The notes below the pieces were generated by a model, which saw only the letters and a list, made by a program, of their open reading frames with translations, made no database searches and was not told the DNA's origin. Positions 45,509-57,072 of a stretch of DNA of 64,000 nucleotides are shown here, in pieces. This DNA comes from an uncultured Alphaproteobacteria bacterium (GTDB lineage: Bacteria > Pseudomonadota > Alphaproteobacteria > HIMB59 > GCA-002718135), in assembly GCA_902560725.1 (NCBI GenBank), contig CACEMR010000002.1, forward strand, positions 66,706 to 130,705, given 5' to 3'. Position 1 is the stretch's first letter. Each line of letters begins with the position of its first letter. Made by a program: the position numbers and the translations under genes.

Positions 45509-47041
45509 ATGGCAAAGAAAAAATACAATGTAATTAGAGAAGAAATGCTGCAAGTTGCGTCTAATGTTGCTCAAGAAAAAAATATTGATCAAGAGGCAGT
45601 TTTTTCAGCGATGGAACAGGCTTTAGAAAAAGCTGCGAGAGTAAAATATGGTCAAGAAATTGATGTGAGAGTATCAATAAATAAAGAAACTGGAAATATA
45701 AAACTTAATTCATATTTAGAGGTAGTTGAGAAAATTGAAGAAGAATTTCAATCGAGACAAATATTAATTGATCAAGCAAAAAAAATTAATCCTTCTATTA
45801 ATATAGGTGAGTTTATAATTAGAGAACTCCCTCCAATTGAATTAGGAAGAGTTGCAGCACAAAATGCAAAAGGTGTAATTATACAAAAAGTTCGAGAAGC
45901 AGATAAATCTAATCAATACGAAGAATACAAAGATAAAGTTGGTGAAATTGCTGTAGGTATTGTTAAAAGAATTGAGTTTGGAAATTTAATTGTAGATCTT
46001 GGAAAAAGTGAAGCAATTATTAAAAGAGAAGAATTAATACCTAGAGAAACATTTAAAAATGGAGATAGGGTCAGAGCATACATTTATGAAGTCAAAAATG
46101 ATTTAAAAGGGTATCAAGTTTTTTTATCAAGAACCCATCCTAATTTTCTGTCAAAACTTTTTTTTCAAGAAGTACCAGAAATTTATGAAGGTGTTATAAC
46201 TGTAAAAAGTGTAGCCCGAGATCCAGGATCTAGAGCAAAAATAAGTGTATTTACCGAAGACTCAACAATTGATCCAGTAGGAGCCTGTGTAGGAATGAGA
46301 GGATCAAGAGTCCAAGCTGTTGTTAATGAACTACAGGGTGAAAAAATTGACATTGTTACATGGTCAGATAGTCAGGCAACTTTTCTAGCCAATGCTCTTG
46401 CGCCTGCTGAAGTGAGTAAAATTTTTCTTTATGAAGAAAAAAATAAAGTTGAAGTCGTAATACCTGATGACCAATTAAGTCTTGCTATTGGAAGGAAAGG
46501 ACAGAATGTTAAATTAGCTTCTAATTTAACAAGTTTGGAAATTGATATTCTTACTGAGGAAGAAGAGTCAGAAAGAAGACAACAAGAATTTAAAGAAAAA
46601 AGCTTACAACTTTCTGAATTACTTGATGTTGAAGATGTAATTGCACAACTTCTAGTAACTGATGGATATATATCAATTGAATCCATTGCTAATGAAACAT
46701 TAGAAAATATAGAAAAAATAGAAGGTTTCGATTCTGATCTAGCAAGTGAAATTGTTGAAAGAGCAAAAAACTACCTTAATGATCAAGAAGAAATTAATCA
46801 AAAAATAATAGATGAAAATATTAAAGATGAATCTCTAATAAAGCTAGAGGGGATGAACTCAGCTATTTTGGCTAAACTTGCAAAATCTAATATTCTAACT
46901 ATTAATGATTTTGCTGATTTAGCAACCTTTGAATTAATTGATAAAGAAGAAGGTATTTTAAAAGATTTAGAAATTGATGAAGAAAAAATAAATAAAATGA
47001 TAATGAAAGCTAGAGAAAATTGGTTTATTGAAAAAGATTAG
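45509..47041 (+). CDS. nusA: Transcription termination/antitermination factor NusA
   Basis: N-terminal domain, S1, two KH domains (VGACVGMRGSRVQ, LAIGRKGQNVKLAS) and a C-terminal acidic repeat region. Confidence 0.95.
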   Translation: MAKKKYNVIREEMLQVASNVAQEKNIDQEAVFSAMEQALEKAARVKYGQEIDVRVSINKETGNIKLNSYLEVVEKIEEEFQSRQILIDQAKKINPSINIGEFIIRELPPIELGRVAAQNAKGVIIQKVREADKSNQYEEYKDKVGEIAVGIVKRIEFGNLIVDLGKSEAIIKREELIPRETFKNGDRVRAYIYEVKNDLKGYQVFLSRTHPNFLSKLFFQEVPEIYEGVITVKSVARDPGSRAKISVFTEDSTIDPVGACVGMRGSRVQAVVNELQGEKIDIVTWSDSQATFLANALAPAEVSKIFLYEEKNKVEVVIPDDQLSLAIGRKGQNVKLASNLTSLEIDILTEEEESERRQQEFKEKSLQLSELLDVEDVIAQLLVTDGYISIESIANETLENIEKIEGFDSDLASEIVERAKNYLNDQEEINQKIIDENIKDESLIKLEGMNSAILAKLAKSNILTINDFADLATFELIDKEEGILKDLEIDEEKINKMIMKARENWFIEKD

Positions 47042-47050
47042 GTAAAAAAA

Positions 47051-49279
47051 TTGGATAAAGAAAAAGGAAATAAGAAAAAACCCCTTAAACTTTCTTCTTC
47101 AGGAAGACTTCAAATTAGAAAAAATCTTGGACCTTCTGGAGATAAAGTTGGATCAGCTGGTAATAAGAAAACGATTCAAATTGTTTTCAAAAATAAAAAT
47201 AATCAGCAAAAAAGCTCCTCTACAGCTCAATCAAACTTTAGAGGCTCTTCTAGCCTTAGAACACCAAGACCCTCTCTTAGTCCTTCAGCGCCTAATTTTA
47301 ATAATGTAAATAAAAATAAGAGTTTTGAAAATAAGAATAAAAAATCAACTGATTTAAAAAAGAACCAACAAAAAAAATCTACGTTAAAACCTATAGATAA
47401 CAAATTTGATGCAAAAAAAGTACTTGAACAAGAAGAACAAGAATTCGATAAATTTCCAAGTTTAGCAAAAATAAAAAGAGCAAGAGAAAAAGAAAAATTA
47501 AAATCATCTGAAAATGATGATGATAAAATTTCAAGAGAAGTTTCTATACCTGATATTATAACCGTACAGGATTTAGCTAATAGAATGGCTGAAAAGACTG
47601 CAGATGTTGTTAAAACTTTAATGAAGCTCGGTGTAATGGCTAATGCTACTCAATCACTTGAGTCAGATACTGCGCAATTAGTTGCTGAAGAACTAGGACA
47701 TAAAGTAACAGTTGTTAAAGATGACGATGTTTTGAGTGAAATTGAAGATTATGAAGATAAGGAAAAAGAATTAATAACAAGGCCACCAGTAGTTACTATC
47801 ATGGGACATGTTGATCATGGAAAAACAAGTCTCTTAGATGCTTTTAGGAAGACAAATGTTGTTTCTGGTGAAGCAGGTGGAATCACCCAACATATTGGAG
47901 CATATCAAATTTCTAAAAATAACAAAAAAATAACATTTATTGATACTCCAGGTCATGCTGCCTTTTCAAATATGAGAGCTAGGGGTTCACAAACAACCGA
48001 CATTATAGTTCTAGTTGTTGCAGCTGATGATGGAATTAAACCTCAAACTATTGAATCTATCGCTCATGCTAAATCTGCTAAAGTTCCAATAATTGTAGCT
48101 ATAAATAAAATTGATCTAGAAAGTTCTGACCCAGATAAAATAAGAAATGAATTATTAAATCAAGAAATAATTGTTGAAAAATTAAGTGGTGAAGTTTTAG
48201 ATATAGAAGTTTCAGCAATTAAAGGATTAAATCTTGATAAACTTGAAGAAGCAATTCATCTTCAAGCAGATTTATTAAATTTAAAAGCTAATCCAAAAAG
48301 ACCTGCAAGAGGAGTGATAATAGAGTCTAAGTTAGAAAAAGGGAGAGGGTCTGTTGCTACTGTATTAGTTCAAAAAGGCACTTTAAAAGTTAGTGATATT
48401 TTTATATCTGGAACTGAGTGGGGTAAAGTAAAAGCTCTTATTAATGATAAAGGTGAAAATTTAAATGAAGCGGGACCATCTGTTCCCGTTGAAGTTTTGG
48501 GATTTGACTCTAATCCATTAGCAGGAGATGATTTTGTAGTTGTAGATAATGAGTCAACAGCAAGAAAAATATCTGAATACAGATCTAGTAAACTGCAGAT
48601 TCAAAAAAATACTGTTGTAAAATCCAATGTGGAGGAAATGTTTGCTCAAATTAACAAGGGTGAAGCTACAAGTCTTCCTGTGGTTATTAAAACTGATGTA
48701 CAAGGATCTGCTGAGGCAATTGAGAACTCAATAACTAAATTATCTACTAATGAAGTTGAAGTTAATGTTATTTTCAAAGGAGTAGGAGCAATCACAGAAA
48801 GTGATGTAGCTCTAGCTGGTTCTAGCAAAGGATTTATTGTTGGTTTCAATGTAAGAGCACTTCCGCATGCAAGAGATATAGCAAAAAGAGATGGTGTTGA
48901 TATTAAATATTACTCAATAATTTATGAGCTTATTGACGATGTAAAAAATTTATTATCTGGATTATTGAAGCCTGATATATCTGAAAAGATTACAGGAAAT
49001 GTTGAAATAAGAGAAGTGTTTAACATTTCAAGAGTTGGAAATATTGCTGGCTGCATGGTTAAAGATGGATATATTTCAAGAAAATCCCAAATTAGAATAT
49101 TAAGAGACAATGTAGTAATCCACAAAGGACAGATTAGTAGTCTTAAAAGATTTAAAGAAGAGGTTTCTGAAGTAAAAACAGGCTTTGAATGTGGTGTAAT
49201 GATTGATAATTATAGTGATATTAAAGTTGGAGATATAATAGAAACTTTTGAAGAAATTTCTACAAGTAGAAAATTATAA
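47051..49279 (+). CDS. infB: Translation initiation factor IF-2
   Basis: G domain GHVDHGKTSLLD, DTPGH, NKID. TTG start 9 nt after the nusA stop. Confidence 0.95.
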   Translation: MDKEKGNKKKPLKLSSSGRLQIRKNLGPSGDKVGSAGNKKTIQIVFKNKNNQQKSSSTAQSNFRGSSSLRTPRPSLSPSAPNFNNVNKNKSFENKNKKSTDLKKNQQKKSTLKPIDNKFDAKKVLEQEEQEFDKFPSLAKIKRAREKEKLKSSENDDDKISREVSIPDIITVQDLANRMAEKTADVVKTLMKLGVMANATQSLESDTAQLVAEELGHKVTVVKDDDVLSEIEDYEDKEKELITRPPVVTIMGHVDHGKTSLLDAFRKTNVVSGEAGGITQHIGAYQISKNNKKITFIDTPGHAAFSNMRARGSQTTDIIVLVVAADDGIKPQTIESIAHAKSAKVPIIVAINKIDLESSDPDKIRNELLNQEIIVEKLSGEVLDIEVSAIKGLNLDKLEEAIHLQADLLNLKANPKRPARGVIIESKLEKGRGSVATVLVQKGTLKVSDIFISGTEWGKVKALINDKGENLNEAGPSVPVEVLGFDSNPLAGDDFVVVDNESTARKISEYRSSKLQIQKNTVVKSNVEEMFAQINKGEATSLPVVIKTDVQGSAEAIENSITKLSTNEVEVNVIFKGVGAITESDVALAGSSKGFIVGFNVRALPHARDIAKRDGVDIKYYSIIYELIDDVKNLLSGLLKPDISEKITGNVEIREVFNISRVGNIAGCMVKDGYISRKSQIRILRDNVVIHKGQISSLKRFKEEVSEVKTGFECGVMIDNYSDIKVGDIIETFEEISTSRKL

Positions 49280-49294
49280 TGTTTTTAAAATACA

Positions 49295-49660
49295 ATGGAA
49301 ACACAAAGGCAAATCAGGTTTGGTGAATTAATTAGATCACTAATAAGTGATTGTTTGTTAAAAGAAGACTTTTATACTGATAATATTAATCCAACTTCTA
49401 TAACAGTCTCTTTTGTTAGAATGTCTAAGGATTTAAAAATTGCTAACGTTTACTTCATGCCACTAGGAGGAAAAGACAAAGATCAAGTACTTCAAAATTT
49501 AATTGAAAAAAAATTTATTTTTCAAAAGTTTTTATCGAAAGCTAAACTGCAATCAAAATTTACACCTAAACTATCTTTTTTCTTGGATAATACTTTTGAT
49601 GAAGCTGAAAAAATAGAAAAACTTTTATTGAATAAAAATGTTATTAGAGACATTAAATAA
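49295..49660 (+). CDS. rbfA: Ribosome-binding factor A
   Basis: 121-aa KH-like protein in the canonical position between infB and truB. RQIRFGELIRSLIS has an RbfA-like N-terminus. Confidence 0.85.
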   Translation: METQRQIRFGELIRSLISDCLLKEDFYTDNINPTSITVSFVRMSKDLKIANVYFMPLGGKDKDQVLQNLIEKKFIFQKFLSKAKLQSKFTPKLSFFLDNTFDEAEKIEKLLLNKNVIRDIK

Positions 49661-50565
49661 TGAATGATATCCAAGGATGGATAAATCTATATAAGACTAA
49701 AAATATCACATCATTTAAAGCAATTAGAAAAGTAAAAAACATATTAAATATTAAAAAAATAGGTCATGCAGGTACATTAGATCCATTAGCACAAGGTGTT
49801 CTTCCAATTGCTATAGGCAAAGCTACAAAACTCATTCCTTATATAAATAAAGATTTAAAAAAATATATTTTTACTATTAAATGGGGATCTCAAACTTCAA
49901 CTGATGATAGTGAAGGACGAATATTGTTTGAATCTGGTAATTTACCAAATCCAAATGAAATAAATCAAAAGATTAAAAATTTTTTAGGCAATATTAAACA
50001 AACTCCACCCAAAGTATCAGCAGTTAAAGTCAACGGTCAGAGAGCTTATAAATTAACAAGACAAGATAAAGACTTTAAAATTCTTCCAAAAAATGTTTTT
50101 GTTCAAAACTTACAAGTTATTAATCATGATATAACTGAAACTTCTTTTAAAATAGAATGTGGCAAAGGTTTTTATATTAGAAGTCTTGCTCGAGATTTAG
50201 CTATAGATCTTAAAACTTTTGGTCACATAACATCATTAGAAAGAGTAAAAGTTGGTAAATTTGACAAAGAAACATCGATTTTGCTGGACGACCTTATAAA
50301 AATAGTTCAAAGGCACAAATTAATTAATTGTATCAAACCAACAATTTCTATGCTGGACGACATCTTGGCTTATGAAATTTTGGACCAAAAAGATCTCGAA
50401 GATCTTTCATTTGGAAGATCAATTAAAATTGATGAGATTAAATTAAAAAAATCTCAATCAAAGCCTTTAGATAAAAAATTAATTTTTTTATCAAATAAAG
50501 GAGACATAGTATCGATTGGCAAATTAATAGGTAATTTGTTTAAACCAGATAAAATTTTAATATAG
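49660..50565 (+). CDS. truB: tRNA pseudouridine-55 synthase
   Basis: Catalytic motif [15 protein letters not shown]. Confidence 0.9.
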   Translation: MNDIQGWINLYKTKNITSFKAIRKVKNILNIKKIGHAGTLDPLAQGVLPIAIGKATKLIPYINKDLKKYIFTIKWGSQTSTDDSEGRILFESGNLPNPNEINQKIKNFLGNIKQTPPKVSAVKVNGQRAYKLTRQDKDFKILPKNVFVQNLQVINHDITETSFKIECGKGFYIRSLARDLAIDLKTFGHITSLERVKVGKFDKETSILLDDLIKIVQRHKLINCIKPTISMLDDILAYEILDQKDLEDLSFGRSIKIDEIKLKKSQSKPLDKKLIFLSNKGDIVSIGKLIGNLFKPDKILI

Positions 50566-50573
50566 GAGAAATG

Positions 50574-50843
50574 ATGTCGATAACAAAAGAAAATAAAAAA
50601 AATCTAATTAATGATTTTGCTAAAAATGAAAAAGATACTGGATCAACTAGCATTCAGATAGCAATTATTAGTGAAAGAATAAAAAATTTAACAGAGCATT
50701 TTAAATCTCATAACAAGGATAATCATTCCAAAAGGGGATTAGTAGCTTTAGTTAATAAAAGAAAAAAATTACTCAATTACTTATCAAAAAAAAATGAAGA
50801 TGAGTATCAAGAGCTAATTAAAAGATTAAATATTAGAGGTTAA
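50574..50843 (+). CDS. rpsO: 30S ribosomal protein S15
   Basis: [36 protein letters not shown] aligns with E. coli S15. The second ATG (50574) gives 89 aa and sits 5 nt from AGGAG; the track start is 50571. Confidence 0.95.
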   Translation: MSITKENKKNLINDFAKNEKDTGSTSIQIAIISERIKNLTEHFKSHNKDNHSKRGLVALVNKRKKLLNYLSKKNEDEYQELIKRLNIRG

Positions 50844-50864
50844 AAAATAGGATAAATAGAAAAT

Positions 50865-52958
50865 ATGTTTGAAGTAAAAAAAGTTGAAATTGAATGGGCA
50901 GGAAGAGAACTTAAATTAGAAACAGGAAAAATTGCAAGACAAGCAGACGCAACAGTAATCGCTACTTATGGTGGCACAACTGTTATGGCAAATGTTGTAG
51001 CAGCAAAAGAAGCAAATCCAGATATGGATTTTTTCCCCTTAACAGTAAACTATCAAGAAAAATATTATTCAGTTGGTAAAATTCCAGGAGGTTTCTTTAA
51101 AAGAGAGGCTAGACCAACTGAAAAAGAAACATTAGTTTGTAGGCTTATCGATAGACCTGTTAGACCATTATTTCACAAAGATTTTAAAAATGAAACTCAG
51201 GTAACCTGTACTGTATTATCTCATGATCAAGAGAATGATTCAGATATAGTAGCAATGATAGCAGCAAGTGCAGCTTTAACATTATCTGGTTTACCTTTTT
51301 TAGGGCCTCTTGGTGCAATAAAAATAGGTTATATAGATGATGAGTTTATTATTAATCCAACAAAAGAAAATCTTTCTAATTCTAAGTTAGAGCTTGTAGT
51401 AGCTGGAACAAAAGAGGGTGTTCTTATGATAGAGTCAGAAGCTCATGAGCTCACAGAACAACAAATGTTAGATGCAGTTGTTTTAGGTCAAGATAGTTAC
51501 AAACCAGTAATTGAAGCAATTATTTCACTAGCTAAAAAAGCTGCAAAAGAGCCTTGGAAAATTAAAGAGAAAGATGAAGAATTAAAAAATCTTCCAAATA
51601 AAATTAATGAAGAATATGGCAATAAGTTTATTGAAGCCTATAAGATTACAGAAAAACAGAGCAGATCTGAAAAATTAAGTTTAATTAGATCAGAAATTAA
51701 TGAGAAATTTGCTTCAGAAACTATTTCATCGGTTTTATTATCTGATGCAATAAAAAATGTTGAAAAAGATATTGTTAGAGGTGAATTAATCAATACTGGA
51801 AATAGAATTGACGGTCGAGATACTAAAACTGTAAGACCAATTGTTTGTGAAACAGGAATATTAGAACGAACTCATGGTTCAGCTCTGTTTACAAGAGGTG
51901 AGACACAAGCAATAGTTGTTTCAACTCTTGGAACAGGTCAAGATGAGCAAAGAATTGATGCAATTGATGGAGAGTATACTGAAAACTTCATGCTTCATTA
52001 TAATTTTCCTCCATATTCAGTAGGAGAAGTAGGAAGAGTAGGATCAACAAGTAGAAGGGAAATTGGTCATGGTAAATTAGCATGGAGAGCTATTCATCCA
52101 ATGCTGCCTTCAAAAGAAAAGTTTCCATATACTTACAGAGTTGTTTCAGAAATTACTGAATCTAATGGCTCAAGTTCAATGGCTACAGTTTGTGGAACAT
52201 CAATGTCTTTGATGGATGCCGGAGTACCAATTGAAAGACCCGTAGCAGGAATTGCAATGGGATTAATTAAAGAAGAAGATAAGTATGTAATTTTATCTGA
52301 TATTTTAGGTGATGAAGACCACTTAGGAGATATGGATTTTAAAGTTGCAGGAACTTCTAAAGGAATTACTTCACTTCAAATGGATATTAAAATTACAAGC
52401 ATAACTGCTGAGATAATGAAAGAAGCATTATCTCAAGCTCAAGAAGGACGTTTTCATATCCTTGATGAAATGGCAAAAGCAATTGAAAAACCAAAACAAT
52501 CTATATCTCAATATGCTCCAACAATAACAAATCTACAAATTAATAAAGATAAAATAAGAGAAGTTATTGGCAAAGGAGGTGCAGTTATAAGAGAGATATC
52601 TGAGCAAACTGGTGCTAAAATTGAAATTAATGATGAAGGATTAGTCAGTATTGCAGCTGTTGATCAAAAGTCAGGCAGCGCTGCATTAGAGTGGATAAAA
52701 GGTATCGTTGAAGAACCTGAGATTGGCAAAATTTATGAAGGTAAAGTTATTAAAATAATGGATTTTGGTGCTTTTGTAAACTTTATGGGCTCAACAGATG
52801 GGCTTGTTCATATTAGTCAGTTAAAAAATGAAAGAGTAGAGAAAGTTGAAGATGTTGTTAAAGAGGGAGATATTGTTAATGTAAAAGTTTTAGATATCGA
52901 TTCAAGAGGCAAGATAAAACTTTCAATGAAAGCTGTTGACTCAGAAAAAAAAGATTAA
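50865..52958 (+). CDS. pnp: Polyribonucleotide nucleotidyltransferase (PNPase)
   Basis: Two RNase PH domains, KH and S1. [18 protein letters not shown] signature. Confidence 0.95.
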   Translation: MFEVKKVEIEWAGRELKLETGKIARQADATVIATYGGTTVMANVVAAKEANPDMDFFPLTVNYQEKYYSVGKIPGGFFKREARPTEKETLVCRLIDRPVRPLFHKDFKNETQVTCTVLSHDQENDSDIVAMIAASAALTLSGLPFLGPLGAIKIGYIDDEFIINPTKENLSNSKLELVVAGTKEGVLMIESEAHELTEQQMLDAVVLGQDSYKPVIEAIISLAKKAAKEPWKIKEKDEELKNLPNKINEEYGNKFIEAYKITEKQSRSEKLSLIRSEINEKFASETISSVLLSDAIKNVEKDIVRGELINTGNRIDGRDTKTVRPIVCETGILERTHGSALFTRGETQAIVVSTLGTGQDEQRIDAIDGEYTENFMLHYNFPPYSVGEVGRVGSTSRREIGHGKLAWRAIHPMLPSKEKFPYTYRVVSEITESNGSSSMATVCGTSMSLMDAGVPIERPVAGIAMGLIKEEDKYVILSDILGDEDHLGDMDFKVAGTSKGITSLQMDIKITSITAEIMKEALSQAQEGRFHILDEMAKAIEKPKQSISQYAPTITNLQINKDKIREVIGKGGAVIREISEQTGAKIEINDEGLVSIAAVDQKSGSAALEWIKGIVEEPEIGKIYEGKVIKIMDFGAFVNFMGSTDGLVHISQLKNERVEKVEDVVKEGDIVNVKVLDIDSRGKIKLSMKAVDSEKKD

Positions 52959-53694
52959 ATTACCAAAATTAATTGGACACAGAGGTGTAAAAAATCTGTG
53001 TCCAGAAAATACACTAGAATCAATCAATAAAGCTTTCGATCTAGGTTTAAGCTATATTGAAGTTGATGTTAAAGTTTCTAAAGACGAAATACCAATTTTG
53101 TTACATGATGATACATTAGATAGAACAACTAATGGTAATGGTTTAGTTGTAAATTTTAATTATGAAGATTTGATAAAATTAGATGCAGGAGGTTTTTTTT
53201 ATAACAAAAAAACAGATATTTTTATTCCAAAATTAGTAGATGTATTAAAATTATGTAAAATAAGAAATGGAAATATAAATATTGAATTAAAACCAAATAT
53301 GGGTTTTGAAAAAATAAATGTACGTAAAATTATTGAGCTAACAAAGGAGATTGAAGATGTTGAAATTTTCTATTCAACATTTGATATAAAATCTTTTATA
53401 GAAATCTCAAATTTTTTTATGAATTCAAACAGAAGTTTTCTTTTAGACTCCTTCGATGAATATAGTCTTGTGGATTTTATATCTATTTCTGAAAATTATA
53501 ATGCTAATATTTGTGGTTTAAATATTGAAACAATCTCAAAAGAAATTATAGAAAAAATAAAAGAAAAGAATCTTTTAGTTACAGTATTCTCAGAAAATAA
53601 CATAAGTTTGATTGATGCAAAAGAGTGTTTCAATATTGGTGTAGATAGTATTTTTATTGATGATCCATCAGAATTAGTTGATAATTATATTTGA
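52936..53694 (+). CDS. Glycerophosphodiester phosphodiesterase (GDPD family, UgpQ-like, cytoplasmic)
   Basis: [37 protein letters not shown]. The only usable in-frame start is the TTG at 52936, 23 nt inside pnp. Confidence 0.8.
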   Translation: MTQKKKIKLPKLIGHRGVKNLCPENTLESINKAFDLGLSYIEVDVKVSKDEIPILLHDDTLDRTTNGNGLVVNFNYEDLIKLDAGGFFYNKKTDIFIPKLVDVLKLCKIRNGNINIELKPNMGFEKINVRKIIELTKEIEDVEIFYSTFDIKSFIEISNFFMNSNRSFLLDSFDEYSLVDFISISENYNANICGLNIETISKEIIEKIKEKNLLVTVFSENNISLIDAKECFNIGVDSIFIDDPSELVDNYI

Positions 53695-53785
53695 GCAATT
53701 CAATTGTGCTAATACAATTTTTCATTTGTTTTATTGTAAATTTAGTAAATTAAATAAAGTTTATCTAATACACTTTTCACTAATT

Positions 53786-54559
53786 CTAATTATTGTTTGG
53801 CATTCCAGTTATATTATATCCACAGTCAACATAATGCACTTCACCTGTCACAGCTGAAGATAAATCACTAATAAAATATAAAGCTGATTTACCAATTTCA
53901 TCTAGTTTAGCATTTCTTTTTAAAGCAGAATGTTTCTCAGTAAATTTAAAAACTTCCCTTGCATTATTTATAGCTGCACCTGCAATAGTTCTCATTGGAC
54001 CTGCAGAAATAGCATTAACACGTATATTATTTGCTCCTAAATCTACACTTAAATATTTTACACTTGTTTCCAATGCTGCTTTTGCAACACCCATCAAATT
54101 GTAATTGGGTATAACTTTGTTTGATCCATAAAAAGTAAGAGTAAGAATACTGCCACCATTATTCATTATTGGTTCAAATGCTTTTGCAAGACTTGTAAGT
54201 GAAAAACAGGATATATCTAAGCAATTAATAAAATTATCCTTGGTAGTATCAATATATCTCCCATTTAATTCAGTTTTATCTGCAAAAGCTACTGCATGAA
54301 TTATGAAGTCAATTGTGCCCCATTCTTCTTTTATTCGACTAACAGCATTGTTTATTGAATTTGAATTATTAAAATCACACTCAATAAGTATTTTTGAATT
54401 AATTTCCTCTGATAATGGTTTTACTCTTTTTAATAATATTTCATTTTGATAGCCAATAGCTATTTCAGCGTTATTTTTAGCCAATTCTTTCGATATTCCC
54501 CAAGCAATTGAATGATTATTAGCAATACCAAAAACCAAACCTTTTTTATTTTTAAGCAT
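53786..54559 (-). CDS. fabI: Enoyl-[acyl-carrier-protein] reductase (NADH)
   Basis: [12 protein letters not shown]; SDR fold with FabI-type Y-x6-K ([12 protein letters not shown]). Confidence 0.9.
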   Translation of the reverse strand: MLKNKKGLVFGIANNHSIAWGISKELAKNNAEIAIGYQNEILLKRVKPLSEEINSKILIECDFNNSNSINNAVSRIKEEWGTIDFIIHAVAFADKTELNGRYIDTTKDNFINCLDISCFSLTSLAKAFEPIMNNGGSILTLTFYGSNKVIPNYNLMGVAKAALETSVKYLSVDLGANNIRVNAISAGPMRTIAGAAINNAREVFKFTEKHSALKRNAKLDEIGKSALYFISDLSSAVTGEVHYVDCGYNITGMPNNN

Positions 54560-55769
54560 TATATTTTGAAAATATTAAAGTTGCATTTGTTCCGCCAAAT
54601 CCAAAACTATTAGACATAACATGTTCAATATTTGAATTTTCTACTGTTTCTAAAAGAATATTACAATTTTTTGCATTTTCATCTAACGTCTTAATATTAG
54701 CAGAACCACTAAGAAAATTATTTTTCATCATTAGTAAACAATATATGGCTTCATGAACTCCAGTTGCTCCCAGCGAATGACCAGTTAATGATTTTGTAGA
54801 ACTCATTTTAGGAATATCAGTTTTAAAAACATTTTTGATTGCTTCTAATTCTTTTAAATCACCTATTGGTGTACTAGTTCCATGAGTATTAATATAATCT
54901 ATATTTCCATTAATATTTTTTAAAGCTTGTTTCATACATCTTTCTGCACCTTCCCCTGAAGGTTGCACCATGTCATATCCATCAGAAGTAGCTCCATATC
55001 CTGTTAATTCAGCATATATTTTTGCTCCTCTTGCTTTGGCATGTTCCAGTTCTTCAAGAACAAGTGTTCCACCACCTCCTGCAATTACAAATCCATCTCT
55101 ATTAGTATCGTATGCTCTTGATGCTATTTCAGGAGTTTCATTATATTTAGAGGATAAAGCTCCCATTGCATCAAACAAAATAGATAAGGTCCAGTGAAGT
55201 TCTTCACCACCTCCAGCAAAAACAATATTTTGTTTTCCCATCTGAATAAGCTCGTAGGCATTACCTATACAATGTGAACTTGTAGAACATGCAGAGGTAA
55301 TTGAATAATTAACTCCTTTAATTTTAAATGGAGTTGCAAGTGTAGCAGAATTTGTACTGGACATTGCTCTTGGAACCATAAAAGGACCGACCTTCTTTGA
55401 ACCAGAACTTTTACCAGTTTCTGATGATTTAAATAAATTTTGGGTTGAAGGACCACCAGATCCAACAATTATTCCAGTCATTTCGTTTGATATATCAGTT
55501 TCCTCTAGAGAAGAATCTTTTATAGCATCCTTCATAGCAATGTAGTTATATGCCGCACCATCTCCCATAAACCTTAGCAATCTTCGATCAATTTTTTCAC
55601 TAATATCAATATTAGGTTTACCATGAACAAGACTTCTAAAAGAAAATTCTTCATATTCTTTGGCAAAAGTTATTCCAGATCTTAAATTTTTTAAACTATC
55701 AGTTACTTCATTTTGATTGTTGCCAATGCATGAAACAATACCAATTCCTGTAACTACAACTCTTTTCAT
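54552..55769 (-). CDS. fabB: 3-oxoacyl-ACP synthase I
   Basis: [10 protein letters not shown], active-site SACSTS, HGTSTP, GHSLGA. I prefer the ATG at 55769 (1 nt after the fabA stop) over the track start at 55799. Confidence 0.9.
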   Translation of the reverse strand: MKRVVVTGIGIVSCIGNNQNEVTDSLKNLRSGITFAKEYEEFSFRSLVHGKPNIDISEKIDRRLLRFMGDGAAYNYIAMKDAIKDSSLEETDISNEMTGIIVGSGGPSTQNLFKSSETGKSSGSKKVGPFMVPRAMSSTNSATLATPFKIKGVNYSITSACSTSSHCIGNAYELIQMGKQNIVFAGGGEELHWTLSILFDAMGALSSKYNETPEIASRAYDTNRDGFVIAGGGGTLVLEELEHAKARGAKIYAELTGYGATSDGYDMVQPSGEGAERCMKQALKNINGNIDYINTHGTSTPIGDLKELEAIKNVFKTDIPKMSSTKSLTGHSLGATGVHEAIYCLLMMKNNFLSGSANIKTLDENAKNCNILLETVENSNIEHVMSNSFGFGGTNATLIFSKYNA

Positions 55770-55770
55770 A

Positions 55771-56280
55771 TTATTGTTTATCTGGTGAAAATAAACCAAC
55801 TTTCATATCTTTAGCTTCATAGATTGTTTCACCATCAGCCTTAAGAATACCATCTCCAACTCCAAGAATTAATTTTCGCAATATGAGTCTTTTTAAAGAA
55901 ATGTGATAAGTGACTTTTTTAACAGTTTTCAGTACTTGTCCGGTAAACTTAACTTCACCAACACCTAAAGCTCTACCCTTACCTGGTTGTCCAAGCCAGC
56001 CAAGATAAAAACCTAATAATTGCCACATAGCATCTAAACCTAAACAACCTGGCATTACTGGATCATTTTTAAAGTGACATTCAAAAAACCATAGATCCTC
56101 TTTAATGTCTAATTCAGCAATAACCTCTCCTTTTGAAAAAAATCCACCATTTTCATTAATAGAAGTAATTCTATCAAACATTAACATTGGAGGAAGCGGA
56201 AGTTGTGCATTATCTTTTCCAAAAAGAACTCCTTTTGCACAATCAATTAATTCATCATAATTAAAGGAATTTTGTTTCAT
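55771..56280 (-). CDS. fabA: 3-hydroxydecanoyl-ACP dehydratase/isomerase
   Basis: [24 protein letters not shown] is the FabA active-site region. fabA-fabB-fabI order. Confidence 0.9.
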   Translation of the reverse strand: MKQNSFNYDELIDCAKGVLFGKDNAQLPLPPMLMFDRITSINENGGFFSKGEVIAELDIKEDLWFFECHFKNDPVMPGCLGLDAMWQLLGFYLGWLGQPGKGRALGVGEVKFTGQVLKTVKKVTYHISLKRLILRKLILGVGDGILKADGETIYEAKDMKVGLFSPDKQ

Positions 56281-56325
56281 AATTTAGATTAAACTTTTTT
56301 TTAAGATTTTTCAATTAACTTAATT

Positions 56326-57072
56326 TTATTTTAAATCACATTCGTGTTTACTTTTCACAATAAAATTTTCAATATTTATTTTTTTTCCATCAGATACAGT
56401 CAATATATTCCTTTCATTACTTAAATTTAAAGAAAAATTTATTATTTTTTGTGCACTAATCAAACCAGCCAGTCCAGCAGATATTCCGGATATACCTACA
56501 GTTTCACATCTTGGTAAATCTACATCATTTTTATTCGGAAATATACAATTTAAACAAAGATGCTCCTTGTTATTTTTATTATCAAATAAAATTATTTGCA
56601 AATCATGACCTATCACTGATGCGTATAAAAAATTAATGGAATTTTTTAAACAATATTCATTTAAAAACTTGGATGTTTTCCAATCATCAGCTGCATCAAC
56701 TATTATCGAACATTTAGCCAGCGAATTTATATTATTAATATCAATATTATTATCTATAATATCAATATTACAATCAGAATTAATTAATTTTAATTTTTTT
56801 TTAGCAACATTTACTTTCTTTTTCCCTATATCGTTAACACCAAATAATATTTGTCTATTAAGATTATTTTTTTCAACGCTATCACCATCTACTAAAGTCA
56901 ATTTTTTAATTCCTGAGCTTACTAAATATTGACTTAGTGGACAACCAATACCACCAATACCAACTATGCCTATATTTATTTCACATAGTTTTTTTATATT
57001 TTCTTCAGAAAATTCTTTTAGAATAAATAATCGACTAAAAATTTCATACTCTTTTTCTGAATACTTATTCAT
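56326..57072 (-). CDS. ThiF/MoeB/HesA-family adenylyltransferase
   Basis: Nucleotide loop GIGGIGCP; DGDSVEKNNLNRQ; CxxC pair (CLNC). Which sulfur-carrier pathway it serves is unclear. Confidence 0.7.
   Translation of the reverse strand: MNKYSEKEYEIFSRLFILKEFSEENIKKLCEINIGIVGIGGIGCPLSQYLVSSGIKKLTLVDGDSVEKNNLNRQILFGVNDIGKKKVNVAKKKLKLINSDCNIDIIDNNIDINNINSLAKCSIIVDAADDWKTSKFLNEYCLKNSINFLYASVIGHDLQIILFDNKNNKEHLCLNCIFPNKNDVDLPRCETVGISGISAGLAGLISAQKIINFSLNLSNERNILTVSDGKKINIENFIVKSKHECDLK

Noticed and set aside
53702-53722. Weak hairpin aattgt-gctaat-acaatt plus TTTT after the GDPD gene as a terminator
   Set aside because: The stem is 6 bp and almost entirely A/T, so predicted stability is too low to call with confidence. 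It could still function in the convergent GDPD/fabI gap.
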